A stretch of DNA of 64,000 bases from Pseudomonadota bacterium (lineage in GTDB: Bacteria; Myxococcota_A; UBA9160; SZUA-336), in contig JAGWBS010000040.1 of the NCBI GenBank assembly GCA_021295775.1, forward strand, positions 906 to 64,905. The letters run 5' to 3'. Positions within the stretch are counted from its first letter, which is position 1. Every line of letters starts with the position of its first letter. Positions 45,583 through 58,410 of this stretch are shown piece after piece. Under the pieces are notes generated by a model. The model did not search any database. It was not told where the DNA came from and worked only from the letters and a program-made list of their open reading frames with translations. The position numbers were made by a program, and so were the translations under genes.

Positions 45583-46653
45583 ATGACGATCGACCGCGAC
45601 TGCGGGCCCGAGGGCTGCGAGATCGACTGGCTGGCCAGTCCCAAAGTCGAAGTCGATCCCGACGCCGCCGAATTCACGCGCTTCGCCACCGACTCCGGCT
45701 GGGGCGACGGTCTGCCGCTCGTCCCGCCCACCGAGGAGCGAGTGCGCGGGCACGTGGCGGCCTCGGGCCGCTACCCCGACGAGTGCCTGGCCGACCTGCC
45801 GCCGCGCGGCGGGCGCTGCACGGTGGAGAAGGTCGCGATCAACGCCGTGATGGCGGGCACGCCACCGGAGTCGATGCCGCTGCTGTGCGCGGCGCTGGCG
45901 GCCATGGCGGAGCCGGACTTCAATCTCTTCGCCCTGAACACGACCACCTGCTGCGTGGTTCCCGGCGTTTTCGTCAACGGGCCGTCACGCGACGCTCTCG
46001 GCATTCCCTACGGCCCCGGCTGCTTTGGCGGGCAGGCCGGACCCGCCCCGGCCATCGGCCGCGCGATCCGGCTGGTGATGCGCAACGTGGGCGGGCAGGT
46101 GACGGGCCGGACGTCCAAGAGCGTGTTCGGCCAGCCGGCGCGCGTGACCGGCGTGGTGGTCGCCGAGTGGGAAGAGCGCTCGCCCTGGGCCCCGCTGGCA
46201 GAGCGCCGCGGCGTGAGCGGCGACGCGCTCACCGTCAAGGACGTCACCGGCACGATCGACGTGGCCGACGTGCTGGCGACCAACGGCGTCGATCTGCTGG
46301 AGATCGTGGGCAAGTCGCTGGCCTTCCCGGGCACCAACGCCTTCATCGCGCCGGTGGCGGACTCGGAAATCATGCTCGCGATCGCCCCTCCCTGGGCGGA
46401 CCTGATCGCGGCCTCCTATCCCACGCTCGAAGACGTCCAGCAGGCGCTCCACGAGGGGGCGAAGCTGCCGCTCTCCTGGTGGCCCGAGCCTCACCGCGAG
46501 CAGCTTCGGGAGCGCGTCGACTCCGACGGCTTCGTGCACCTGGTGGAAGGGCCGGAACGCATTCTGGTGATCTGCTGCGGCGGCCTGGGCAACCTGCACG
46601 CGCTGGCGCTGCACAGCTTTGGACCCACGCGCGCCGTCACTGTGCCGTTCTGA
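45583..46653 (+). CDS. Conserved-looking hypothetical protein (356 aa)
   Basis: ATG 45583 lies 7 nt after the UGSC-type gene. Translation MTIDRDCGPEGCEIDW...GWGDGLPLVPPTEERV...VEKVAINAVMAGT...LNTTTCCVVPGVFVNGP... The composition is protein-like and I recognise no family. Confidence 0.65.
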   Translation: MTIDRDCGPEGCEIDWLASPKVEVDPDAAEFTRFATDSGWGDGLPLVPPTEERVRGHVAASGRYPDECLADLPPRGGRCTVEKVAINAVMAGTPPESMPLLCAALAAMAEPDFNLFALNTTTCCVVPGVFVNGPSRDALGIPYGPGCFGGQAGPAPAIGRAIRLVMRNVGGQVTGRTSKSVFGQPARVTGVVVAEWEERSPWAPLAERRGVSGDALTVKDVTGTIDVADVLATNGVDLLEIVGKSLAFPGTNAFIAPVADSEIMLAIAPPWADLIAASYPTLEDVQQALHEGAKLPLSWWPEPHREQLRERVDSDGFVHLVEGPERILVICCGGLGNLHALALHSFGPTRAVTVPF

Positions 46654-46687
46654 CGCGCCGGCGAGCGGTCGCCTAAGATCCCGCGAC

Positions 46688-48784
46688 GTGGCGCAGAAAC
46701 GCAGCGATCTCGACCAGCTCTTCCACCCCCGAGGCGTGGCGATCATCGGACAGATCAACCGCGGGCTGTCCGAGGAGCGGACGCGGGCGCTGCACGATCC
46801 GCGCTACGGACCCGGCGGCTGGTCGCTGGTCAACCCCAAGGGCGGCGCGGTCGGTTCCCTGCCGATCTACACCTCGGTGGCCGAGGTCCCCGGGCCGCTG
46901 AGCCTGGCCGTGATCAGCGCCCCGCCGCGACTCTGCGCGGGGGTGATCGAAGAGTGCGGCCTGCGCGGCATCCGGCACGCCATCGTGTTCAGCTCGGGCT
47001 TCTCCGAGACCGGTGCCGAGGGCGCCGCCCACGAGCGCGCGCTGGCCGCGGCCGGCCGCCGCGCCGGGGTGCGCATCCTGGGACCGAACACCAACACCAA
47101 CCTGCTCGAGAGCCTGCCGGAGATCCCCGGGCTGCGCGGCGGCAAGATCGGCGTCGTCACTCAGTCGGGGCACAACGGCCGCCCGATCGTGCAGGGCGCG
47201 CACTTCAACGTCGGCTTCACGCGCCAGATCCCCTGCGGCAACGAGTGCGACCTGGACGTGTGCGACTTCATCGAGTACTTCGCGTACGACGACGAGACGG
47301 CCGTGATCGCCGGCTACATCGAGGGCTTCCGCAACCCCGACCGGCTGCGGCACGCGCTGGCCGCCACGGGCTCGCAGGGCAAGCCGGTGGTGCTGCTGAA
47401 AATGGGCAGCACCGCCGCCGGCTCGCGCATGGCCCGCTCCCACACCGGTCATCTGACCGGCGCCGACGCGGTCGTCGACGGCCTGTTCCGGCAGTACGGA
47501 GTGGTGCGGGTGCGCGACCTCGACGAGCTGCTGGAGACCGCCGCGCTCTTCGCGCGCCTGCCCGCCGGCACCGGTCCGCGCACCGCTCTTTACAGCATCT
47601 CGGGCGGATCGGGCACGCTGATGGCGGAGATGGCCGAGCGCTGCGGCGTGCCGCTGCCCCGTCTGAGCGACGCGACCCAGGAGGCGCTGTACGCCCACCT
47701 GCCCCGCTTCCTGAGCGTCGCCAACCCCGTCGACAACGGCGGTCAGTTCGTCACCGGCGCCCCGCCCGAGGTTCGGCGCGAGCTGATCGACCGGATCGCA
47801 GACGATCCGGGCGTGGACCTGGTGGTGGTGGGCGTGACGGGAGCGGTCCCGCCGATGAGCGACCTGCTTGGCGAGGACCTGGAGTTCCTGGTCGAGCGCG
47901 GGCTGCGCAAGCCCGTCGTCGTCACCTGGAATTCGCCCAAGGTCGACGAGCCCGGCTTCGACGCCATCGTGCGCTCGCAGCTTCCGCTGTTCAGAAGCTT
48001 CCGCGGCTGCTTCGAAGCGCTGCGGAACTACGCGGAGTACCAGCGGAGCCGCGAACGCTTCCGAACCCGCTCCGGGCGTGCGGCGCGTCTGCCGCGGGCC
48101 GCAGGCGATCTGCTGCAGGACGCCTCGGGGTCTCTGGACGACGCCTCCTCCCGGGCCCTGCTGGAAGCCTTCGGCCTGACGCTGGCCGAAGAACGGACGG
48201 TCGCTTCGGCCGCGGCCTCGGCGCGCGCGGCGCGCGAGCTCGGCCCGCCGGTCGCCCTCAAGATCGCCTCCCCCGACTTCCCGCACAAATCGGACGCGGG
48301 CCTCGTCCGGCTCGGGATCGGCAGCCCGAGCGAAGCCCGGCGCGTCTACCCGCAGCTCCTCGCCGCCGCCCGGCGGGCCGACCGGCGCGCCCGGATCCAA
48401 GGGGTCACGGTGCAGGAGATGGTCTCCGGGGGCGTCGAGACGATCGTCGGCGTGACGCGCGACCCGGTCCTCGGCCCCGCCGTGATGGTCGGGCTCGGCG
48501 GCGTCTTCGCCGAGATCCTGGCGGACGTGGCGGTCCGCCCCGTCCCGCTCGATGCGCGCGACGCCCGCGAGATGATCGAGTCCCTGCGCGGCTACCCGCT
48601 GCTGACCGGCGCGCGCGGCCGGCCCCGGGCCGACGTCGCGGCGCTGGCGCGCACCGTCGTGCGCGTGGCCCGGCTGGCGAGCGCTCTCGGCGACCGCCTG
48701 CTGGAACTCGACCTGAACCCGGTGCTGGTGCGGCCCGAGGGCGCGGTCGTGGTCGACCGCCTGGTCGTGCTCAGTAGCCGCTGA
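46688..48784 (+). CDS. ADP-forming acyl-CoA synthetase (acetate--CoA ligase family; CoA-binding + succinyl-CoA-synthetase-like + ATP-grasp)
   Basis: Translation ...LFHPRGVAIIGQINRG...ISAPPRLCAGVIEECGLRGIRHAIVFSSGFSETG...RILGPNTN... The C-terminal ATP-grasp part reads VALKIASPDFPHKSDAGLVRLG. The start is GTG 46688, or possibly TTG 46619. Confidence 0.88.
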   Translation: MAQKRSDLDQLFHPRGVAIIGQINRGLSEERTRALHDPRYGPGGWSLVNPKGGAVGSLPIYTSVAEVPGPLSLAVISAPPRLCAGVIEECGLRGIRHAIVFSSGFSETGAEGAAHERALAAAGRRAGVRILGPNTNTNLLESLPEIPGLRGGKIGVVTQSGHNGRPIVQGAHFNVGFTRQIPCGNECDLDVCDFIEYFAYDDETAVIAGYIEGFRNPDRLRHALAATGSQGKPVVLLKMGSTAAGSRMARSHTGHLTGADAVVDGLFRQYGVVRVRDLDELLETAALFARLPAGTGPRTALYSISGGSGTLMAEMAERCGVPLPRLSDATQEALYAHLPRFLSVANPVDNGGQFVTGAPPEVRRELIDRIADDPGVDLVVVGVTGAVPPMSDLLGEDLEFLVERGLRKPVVVTWNSPKVDEPGFDAIVRSQLPLFRSFRGCFEALRNYAEYQRSRERFRTRSGRAARLPRAAGDLLQDASGSLDDASSRALLEAFGLTLAEERTVASAAASARAARELGPPVALKIASPDFPHKSDAGLVRLGIGSPSEARRVYPQLLAAARRADRRARIQGVTVQEMVSGGVETIVGVTRDPVLGPAVMVGLGGVFAEILADVAVRPVPLDARDAREMIESLRGYPLLTGARGRPRADVAALARTVVRVARLASALGDRLLELDLNPVLVRPEGAVVVDRLVVLSSR

Positions 48785-49565
48785 ACTTCGGCTTGCGCTT
48801 TTCGAAGAAGGCGGCGACGGATTCGAGCTGGTCCGGGGTGCCCGACGAGAGCAGTTCCGCGCCCAGGCTGAAGTCCATCACCATGTTGAGCTGGTTCTGG
48901 AGCATCTTGTTGACCGCCAGCTTGGTCCAGCGCACGGCCGGCTGGGGGCGCTGGTTGAGGAGTTGCGCGTACTCTCGCGCCCGGTCCATCAGCTCGGCGT
49001 CGGGGACGCAGTGGTTGACCAGACCGGCCTCGGCCGCACGCGGCCCGTCCATCAACTGGCCGGACATCAGGTATTCCTTGGCGATGTGCGGCCCGACCAG
49101 CAGCGGCCAGATCACGCAGCCGCCGTCGCCCGCGACCAGGCCCATGTTGACGTGCGTGTCGCCGATGCGCGCGGACTCCGCCATGAAGATCACGTCGCAC
49201 ATCAGCGCCAGCGTGGCGCCCAGGCCGGTCGCCGGGCCGTTCACGGCCGAGATCAGCGGCGCCTCGCAGGCGGCCATGTCCCAGGTGAGATCGCGGTTTC
49301 CCCGGAACATGTCGATCGGACGTTCGTCGGGGTTGTTGAAGCCCTGCATGTCCCCGCCCGCGCAGAAGGCCGGCGGGGCGCCGGTCAGGATGATCGCGCC
49401 GACGTCGGGGTCGCGCCCGAGCTCGCGGAAGATCTGCTCCAGGCCGCGGTGCATCGGCCAGTTGACGGCGTTGCGCTTCTCGGGCCGGTTCATCCGCAGC
49501 GTGGCGATGCGGTCTTCGATCTCGACGACCAGGTGGTGATCGTCGGCGTAGCGCGAGTAGTCCAA
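48771..49565 (-). CDS. Enoyl-CoA hydratase/isomerase family protein
   Basis: TTG 49565, with GGGGAG 6 nt upstream. Translation ...IATLRMNRPEKRNAVN...ILTGAPPAFCAGGDM...AVNGPATGLGATLAL... Its 3' end overlaps the acyl-CoA synthetase gene by 14 nt. Confidence 0.9.
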   Translation of the reverse strand: MDYSRYADDHHLVVEIEDRIATLRMNRPEKRNAVNWPMHRGLEQIFRELGRDPDVGAIILTGAPPAFCAGGDMQGFNNPDERPIDMFRGNRDLTWDMAACEAPLISAVNGPATGLGATLALMCDVIFMAESARIGDTHVNMGLVAGDGGCVIWPLLVGPHIAKEYLMSGQLMDGPRAAEAGLVNHCVPDAELMDRAREYAQLLNQRPQPAVRWTKLAVNKMLQNQLNMVMDFSLGAELLSSGTPDQLESVAAFFEKRKPKFSGY

Positions 49566-49677
49566 GGCAAGCTCCCCGTTCGGCCGCAGCGCGCGATGCT
49601 ATCACGCGCCGGGCGTGCAACCCGGCGGGAAACGGGTCCGGGCCCGGGGCCGCGGGCCCGCGTCCGGGCGACGAAAT

Positions 49678-50547
49678 TCAAGCGCCCAGGAACTCCCGCA
49701 TCTCGGCGGCGACCTCGTCCGGGGCCTCCTCCGGCAGGAAGTGCCCGCAGGCGATGGCCCGGCCCCGAACGTCGTCGGCCCAGCGCTTCCAGGTGTCGAG
49801 CAGGGACGGCCGGGTGCCGCTGTGGTCGCCCCAGAGCGCCAGCACGGGGCAGTCGATTCGGCGCCCCGCCTCGCGGTCGCGCGCGTCGAGTTCGCGGTCG
49901 ACGGTCGCCCCGGCACGGTAGTCGTCGCAACTCGCGCGGATCGTCTCGCCCGCGAAGCACTCCAGATAGTCCCGCAGCGCAGCTTCGCCGAAGCAGTCCG
50001 GGTCTCCGGCCCAGCTCCGCAGGGTGTGCAGCAGGAAGTACTCGGCGTTGGCCGCGATCAGCGACTCCGGAAACGGCGGGGGCTGGGCCAGGAAGTACCA
50101 GTGATACGCGAACAGACCGCCCGCAAACCCCATCTGCTCCCAGGTGTCGAGGGTGGGGACGATGTCGAGCGCCACCAGCCGGGTCACGCGCTCGGGATGG
50201 TCCAGAGCCATGCGGTACGCGACCCGTCCGCCGCGGTCGTGGCCGGCCACCGCGAAGCTCTCGTGGCCCAGCTCGGCCATGACCCCGACCAGCTCCCGCG
50301 CTACCTCGCGCTTGGCGTAGGCCGCGCCGTTCTCTCCCCCCGGAGGCTTGGCGCTGCGGCCGTAGCCGAGCGAGTCCGGCACCACGACGCGGTGACGCTG
50401 CGCCAGGGCGGGAGCGACCCTGTGCCAGATCGCGTGAGTCTGCGGATAGCCGTGAATCAGCAGCAGCGGCGGTCCGCTGCCCCCGCTTCGCAGGTAGATC
50501 TCTCCCGCGGGCGTCGGGACGCGGCGCTCGTCGAAGCCTTCGAACAC
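49678..50547 (-). CDS. Alpha/beta hydrolase, haloacetate dehalogenase/epoxide hydrolase-like
   Basis: Translation VFEGFDERRVPTPAGEIYLRSGGSGPPLLLIHGYPQTHAIWHRVAP...AGHDRGGRVAYRMALDHPERV... Confidence 0.88.
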   Translation of the reverse strand: MFEGFDERRVPTPAGEIYLRSGGSGPPLLLIHGYPQTHAIWHRVAPALAQRHRVVVPDSLGYGRSAKPPGGENGAAYAKREVARELVGVMAELGHESFAVAGHDRGGRVAYRMALDHPERVTRLVALDIVPTLDTWEQMGFAGGLFAYHWYFLAQPPPFPESLIAANAEYFLLHTLRSWAGDPDCFGEAALRDYLECFAGETIRASCDDYRAGATVDRELDARDREAGRRIDCPVLALWGDHSGTRPSLLDTWKRWADDVRGRAIACGHFLPEEAPDEVAAEMREFLGA

Positions 50548-50638
50548 GCGCCGAGCTTGTGCGTGACGCGGTTCGCGGTCAAGCGGCTTGAACGCTTCCC
50601 GGTCGGGGCCGAATGGACAACCTATTGAAAGGTCACAT

Positions 50639-51817
50639 CTAGGTCGTGTACTCGGAGTTCAGCCGGACGTACTCACTGCTGAGGTCGGTCGTGAGCACGC
50701 GCGCCGAACCGGGGCCACGGCCGACGCGCACCTCGATCGACACTCGCTTGCGGCGCATGGCGCGTTCGGCGCGGCGCAGCGCGCCGGGATCGTCCACCGG
50801 CTCGCCGCCGCGCAGCATCTCGACGCCGCCGAAGGTGACCCCGACCTGGTCCCGGCGGAACGGCACTCCCGCCGTTCCGAGGGCCTGGATCACCCGGCCC
50901 CAATTCGGATCGGCTCCCGTCAGGGCCGTCTTGACCAGGACCGAGGTGGCGATCCTGCGGGCGATGCGCCCAGCCTGGGCGGCCCCGCGCGCCCCGCTCA
51001 CGCGAATCTCGGCCAGCTTGGTCACGCCCTCGCCGTCCAGCGCCAGCATATCGGCCAGCTCGGCGCAGAGTTCCTGCAGCCCGCGGCGGAACTCCCCGGC
51101 GCGGCGTGAGCGGGCGCCGATCGGCCGGTTGCCGGCCGCCCCGTTGGCGAAGAGGACCACGCTGTCGCTGGTGCTGGTCTCTCCGTCGATCGTCAGCGCG
51201 TTGAACGTCGGCCCCACCGCTTCGCGCAGGCTTGCGCGCAGGAAGGCCGGCTCGACCGCCAGATCGGTGACGAGAAACGCCAGCATGGTCGCCATGTCGG
51301 GCATGCACATCGCCGCCCCCTTGGCGATGCCGAGCAGCCGTCCGCCGCTCAGCTCTCGGCCCGCCAGCTTGGACACGGTGTCGGTCGTCATGATGGCGCG
51401 GGCTGCGCGGCGCCAGCCGGCCGGGGAGAGCTGGGCCACCGCGCGCGGGATCCCGCGGCGCAGCTTGTCCATCGGCAGCGGCCAGCCGATCACCCCGGTC
51501 GACGCGACCTGGATCTCGCGCGGGCGCGCCCCGATCTCGCGCGCGGTCAAGAGCGCCATTTCGCGCGCGTCGGCCAGCCCCTGGGCGCCCATCGCCACAT
51601 TCGAGATGCGGCTGTTGACGACCGCGCCGCGCGCCACCCCGCCCCGCAGATGACTCCGGGACACGATCACGGGCGCGCCGGGAAAGCGATTGCGGGTGAA
51701 CACGCCTGCGGCGGCGGCCGGCCGGTCGGAGACGATCACCGCCAGATCGAGCGCGCCGTCCTGCTTGAGGCCGCAGTGCACGCCCGCGGCGGCGAAGCCC
51801 TCCACCCGCCACTTCAC
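50639..51817 (-). CDS. argJ: Bifunctional glutamate N-acetyltransferase/amino-acid acetyltransferase
   Basis: Translation [31 protein letters not shown]...MTTDT...[23 protein letters not shown]...[14 protein letters not shown]. Confidence 0.94.
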   Translation of the reverse strand: MKWRVEGFAAAGVHCGLKQDGALDLAVIVSDRPAAAAGVFTRNRFPGAPVIVSRSHLRGGVARGAVVNSRISNVAMGAQGLADAREMALLTAREIGARPREIQVASTGVIGWPLPMDKLRRGIPRAVAQLSPAGWRRAARAIMTTDTVSKLAGRELSGGRLLGIAKGAAMCMPDMATMLAFLVTDLAVEPAFLRASLREAVGPTFNALTIDGETSTSDSVVLFANGAAGNRPIGARSRRAGEFRRGLQELCAELADMLALDGEGVTKLAEIRVSGARGAAQAGRIARRIATSVLVKTALTGADPNWGRVIQALGTAGVPFRRDQVGVTFGGVEMLRGGEPVDDPGALRRAERAMRRKRVSIEVRVGRGPGSARVLTTDLSSEYVRLNSEYTT

Positions 51818-51836
51818 GGCAGAACGGCCTCGCGTT

Positions 51837-54575
<2,739 letters not shown>

Positions 54576-54636
54576 AGGGGGGCAGGCGCACGAGTATAAG
54601 AGAGCGGTCCGGCGGCAACCACAGGACCGGCGGGGA

Positions 54637-55665
54637 TCAGTCCAGGATGTAGCCCCGGGGGTCGACCGGCCTGCGCTCGACCTCGACCTGATAATGCAGG
54701 TGCGGTCCCGAGCTGCGGCCGGTGTTTCCCATCGAGCCGATCCGCTGGCCGCGCCTCACGCGCTGGCCGCGCTCGACCGAAAACGCGTCGAGGTGTCCGT
54801 ACTTGGTCACGACTCCGTAGCCGTGGCGCAGATGCACCGTCTTGCCCAGCGCTCCGTCGACTCCCTTGAAGCCGACGACACCGTCGGCTGAGGCGAGCAC
54901 GGGCGTGCCTTTTCGGCCCGCGATGTCGATGCCGCGGTGGAACTCCCGCCGCCCGCTGAACGGCGAGAGCCGCCGACCGAACGCCGAGGAGACCCAGCCC
55001 TCGGGCGGGGTGATCGCCGGGGTGGCGCGCAGCCTGGAGGAGATCTCCTCCAGGCGCGCCAGAAGCCGCCGCAGCGACTCGGCGCGTGTCTCGACGGCCT
55101 CGGGTAGGCCGGCGAAAGCTTCACCGGCGAGACCGTGGACCCGGAGGGGGACGCGCTCAGGGAGAGCGGCCCCGAAGCCGCCGACGCCGGCCCCGCCGAC
55201 GCCGGGCCGGGCACCAGAATCGGAGCTGCCCGACTTTCCGGTGGACGGCTCGCTGGTGCCTCCGACCCCGGAAGCCGCGGGCGAATCGGACGGATCCACG
55301 ATGTCCGCCAGCGTGCGCAATTTGCGCTCGAGCAGGTCGAGTTCCGTCAGCTTGCCGGAGATCGCCTCCATCTGCTGGAGATAGCTTTCGATCTGGCGGC
55401 GCTGGTCGCCGTGCTCGGCGCGGAGCCGGCTGAGGTCCGCGATCTGGATGCGCGCCCGAACGTAGTCGACGGACAACGCCAGCAGGGCCACCGCCCCCAG
55501 GCCGAGCGCGACCGCCGCGCTCCGGATCCAGCGGCGGCGCAGATCGATGCGCAGGCTGCGCCCGGCCGGGGCTGCGAACACCATCAGCGTGAGCGTGTCC
55601 TGGGTCGCCTTGGGCTTGGGCAACGCTCCGTCTCCTCCGCCGCGCGAAATCGCGGGACCGGTCAT
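54637..55665 (-). CDS. M23 family metallopeptidase (murein DD-endopeptidase/EnvC-like, with a coiled-coil N-terminal half)
   Basis: ATG 55665: ...[19 protein letters not shown]... is the TM segment. A coiled-coil region follows. The C-terminal part reads [23 protein letters not shown]...GHLD...[17 protein letters not shown]. Confidence 0.88.
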   Translation of the reverse strand: MTGPAISRGGGDGALPKPKATQDTLTLMVFAAPAGRSLRIDLRRRWIRSAAVALGLGAVALLALSVDYVRARIQIADLSRLRAEHGDQRRQIESYLQQMEAISGKLTELDLLERKLRTLADIVDPSDSPAASGVGGTSEPSTGKSGSSDSGARPGVGGAGVGGFGAALPERVPLRVHGLAGEAFAGLPEAVETRAESLRRLLARLEEISSRLRATPAITPPEGWVSSAFGRRLSPFSGRREFHRGIDIAGRKGTPVLASADGVVGFKGVDGALGKTVHLRHGYGVVTKYGHLDAFSVERGQRVRRGQRIGSMGNTGRSSGPHLHYQVEVERRPVDPRGYILD

Positions 55666-55685
55666 TCCGCGGAAGCTTACACTCC

Positions 55686-55707
55686 GGCGGCCCGGATCCG
55701 GGCCGCC
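55686..55707. repeat. 22-bp perfect palindrome GGCGGCCCGGATCCGGGCCGCC
   Basis: The sequence equals its own reverse complement. It lies in the 139-nt spacer between recN and the M23 peptidase gene. No U-tract follows on either strand. Confidence 0.85.
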
Positions 55708-55804
55708 CGGAACGGGATCGGGCGAGCATACTACCGCAGCCGGCCTGTTCGGGCTCGATCTCCGCCGGCTCCGCCAACCGGGCGGCGGGACGGACGACCG
55801 GGCT

Positions 55805-57484
55805 TCAGCCCCCGGCCAGGAGTTCCCGGGCGTGCGCCATGGCGGTCTCGCTGGCGCGTCCGCCGCTCGCCATGCGGGCAATCTCCTCGACCCGCGAGTC
55901 GCCCTCGAGGCATTCGGCGCGGGTCCGGGCACGGCCCTGCCGCAGGTGCTTGACGACCCGGTAATGAGTCTCGCCCAGGGCGGCGATGGAGGGCAGGTGA
56001 GTGATGCACAGCACCTGATGGTATTCGGCGAGTTGCCGCAGGCGTTGACCCACGCGCCTCGCGGCCCTGCCGCTGATGCCCGCGTCCACCTCGTCGAAGA
56101 GCAGGACCCGGTGGCGGTCCGCGCCGCGGAGAACGTTTCTGAGAGCGAGCATCAGGCGCGCGAGCTCTCCGCCCGAAGCGGCGTCGCGCAGGCGGTGGGG
56201 CTCTTCGCCGGGGTTGGCGATCAGGGAGAACTGAGGACTCTCCACTCCGCGCGGCCCCGCGGGAGCCGTTCGGCCGCCCGCGCAGGACTCGGCCCCCGGT
56301 TCCCAGAGCACCCGGAAGGCCGCCCGTTTGAGATCGAGAGCGGTCAGTTCGCCCGTCACCTGACTCTCCAGCGCCGCGGCCACCTCGCGCCGGGTCTCGG
56401 AGAGCTGCCGGGCCGCTGCGGAGAGCTTCTCCGACCGCTCCTCGAGTTCCGCTTCGAGTTCGGCCGAACGCCGCTCCCCGCCTCCGATGCGCTCGCACTC
56501 TGCGCGCGCCCGCTCGAGGTAGTCGGAGATCTCCCGCTCGCTGCCGCCGTAGCGCGCCTGCAGGCGCCGGATCTCCTCCAAACGCTGCTCGACGTGCTCG
56601 AAGCGCCCCGGGTCGGCTTCCAGGCTCGCGCGGTAGCCCTCGATCTGCATGGCCAGTTCGGACACTTCCAGCGAAGTCCGCTCGGCCGCCGCCACGGACT
56701 GCTCCAGCGCGGAGTCCAACGCTCCCAGCCGGCGCAGCTCGGACTGGACCTCGGCCACGCGCTCGCGGACTCCGTCGCCGCCCTCGAGCCGCTCCAGCGC
56801 CCGGGCGCTGCCGCGGTCCAGTTCCTCCAGGTTCGCCAGCCTCGCGTGCTCCGCCTCGATGCTTTCGATCTCTCCCTCGCCCAGGGCCGCGGACTCGATC
56901 TGCTCGATCTCGTAGAGCAGCTGGTCCTCGCGGCGCGCCAGTTCTTCCGCCTGCGAACGCCGCTCGCCCAACTCCAGGGCGCAGCGGTTCCAGTCGGCGT
57001 GGAGCCGAGCCACCTCCGCCGCCTGCGGTTCCAGGCCTCCGAACCGATCCAGCAGCGCGAGCTGCGAATCCGGTGTCAGGAGCGTGTGGTGCTCCCCCTG
57101 GCTGCACACCTCCAGCGCGTCTCCGAGCAACTCTCCCAGCACGCCCACGGTCGCGAGACGGCCGTTCACGAATACCTTGCCCCGCCCCTCGCGAGACACG
57201 CTGCGAGACGCCAGCAGCTCCTCGTCGTCCCCCCGGGCCAGACCCATCTCCCGGGCGCGCTCGACCAGGCAAGGATCCTCGAAAACGGCCTCCACGCTGG
57301 CCTCGGCCGCGCCGCCCCGCACCACGTCCCGTCCGACGCGGCGACCCGCGAGCAGGGCGGCGGCGGACAGCAGCACGGACTTGCCCGCGCCGGTCTCGCC
57401 GGTCAGCACGTTCAGCCCCCGGTCCGGCTCCAGCTCAAGCGCTTCGATGGTGGCTAGATCGCGGATCCGCAACAGCCGGATCAA
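55805..57484 (-). CDS. recN: DNA repair protein RecN
   Basis: TTG 57484 overlaps the nadK TGA (TTGA). Translation LIRLLRIRDLATIEALELEPDRGLNVLTGETGAGKSVLL... A long coiled coil follows, then ...SGGELARLMLAL...LLFDEVDAGISG... Confidence 0.93.
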   Translation of the reverse strand: MIRLLRIRDLATIEALELEPDRGLNVLTGETGAGKSVLLSAAALLAGRRVGRDVVRGGAAEASVEAVFEDPCLVERAREMGLARGDDEELLASRSVSREGRGKVFVNGRLATVGVLGELLGDALEVCSQGEHHTLLTPDSQLALLDRFGGLEPQAAEVARLHADWNRCALELGERRSQAEELARREDQLLYEIEQIESAALGEGEIESIEAEHARLANLEELDRGSARALERLEGGDGVRERVAEVQSELRRLGALDSALEQSVAAAERTSLEVSELAMQIEGYRASLEADPGRFEHVEQRLEEIRRLQARYGGSEREISDYLERARAECERIGGGERRSAELEAELEERSEKLSAAARQLSETRREVAAALESQVTGELTALDLKRAAFRVLWEPGAESCAGGRTAPAGPRGVESPQFSLIANPGEEPHRLRDAASGGELARLMLALRNVLRGADRHRVLLFDEVDAGISGRAARRVGQRLRQLAEYHQVLCITHLPSIAALGETHYRVVKHLRQGRARTRAECLEGDSRVEEIARMASGGRASETAMAHARELLAGG

Positions 57485-58353
57485 CGCGACCCCCAGCCCA
57501 GCTTGGTCCGCAGCGTCTCGAAGGGATCGGGCTCCGCCACCGCGACGAAGCGCGCCGGGTGCGCCGCCCGCTCGAGGGTCACCCGGTCCCCGGGAAGCAG
57601 TGACGTGGCGACCTGTCCGTCGCGCGTCAGCGTCGCCTCTTCCGGAGACCGCAGCTCGACCTCCACGCGCCGCTCGTCCGGCAGCACCAGCGGACGCAGC
57701 GAGAGGGTGTGCGGGCAGATCGGGTTGACGATCACGGCCGACACCTCCGGCTCGATCACCGGCCCTCCCGCGGACAGGTTGTAGGCGGTCGACCCGGTCG
57801 GGGTGGAGACGATCAGGCCGTCCGAGCGGAAAGTCGCCACCCGGTGCCTGTCCACCCGCATCTCGAGTTCGATCATGCGCGCCAGCGCCGAGCCCTTGGT
57901 GATCACCGCGTCGTTCAGGACCACGCCGCGCTCGATCTCGGCGGCGTCGCGCCACACGCCGACCGCCAGCCGGCTGCGCTCCACGATCCGCACCCGGCCG
58001 AGCGCCACCCGCTCCAGCGCCGACTCGATTTCCTCGGGGTGGATCTGGGTCAGGAAACCGAGCTGTCCGAGATTGATCCCCAGGATCGGCACGTCGCGGT
58101 CGCCGATCGCGCGAACCGCGGCCAGCACCGAGCCGTCTCCGCCCAGCACCACCACCAGATCCGCGAAGTCGATCACTTCCTGCTGCGGGTGGCCGGATTC
58201 GCCCAGCGCGGGCGTCTGCGCGGCGGCGTTCCGGTCCACGGCGACCTCGAGGCGGTGGCGGCGGGCGACCGCGGCGACGTACTCCACGAGCTGGCCGTGC
58301 CCGACCTCTCCGTCCTTGAGGACGATGCCCAGGCGTTTCCATGGAGGAGCCAT
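57481..58353 (-). CDS. nadK: NAD(+) kinase
   Basis: ATG 58353: MAPPWKRLGIVLK...LVVVLGGDGSVLAA...GINLGQLGFLT...DGLIVSTPTGSTAYNLSAGGP... Confidence 0.92.
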   Translation of the reverse strand: MAPPWKRLGIVLKDGEVGHGQLVEYVAAVARRHRLEVAVDRNAAAQTPALGESGHPQQEVIDFADLVVVLGGDGSVLAAVRAIGDRDVPILGINLGQLGFLTQIHPEEIESALERVALGRVRIVERSRLAVGVWRDAAEIERGVVLNDAVITKGSALARMIELEMRVDRHRVATFRSDGLIVSTPTGSTAYNLSAGGPVIEPEVSAVIVNPICPHTLSLRPLVLPDERRVEVELRSPEEATLTRDGQVATSLLPGDRVTLERAAHPARFVAVAEPDPFETLRTKLGWGSR

Positions 58354-58410
58354 CGCGGCTCGAACCTTAAGGCCGCCCCTGCCCTTCGGCAACCGCTAAG
58401 ATCCCGAAGT

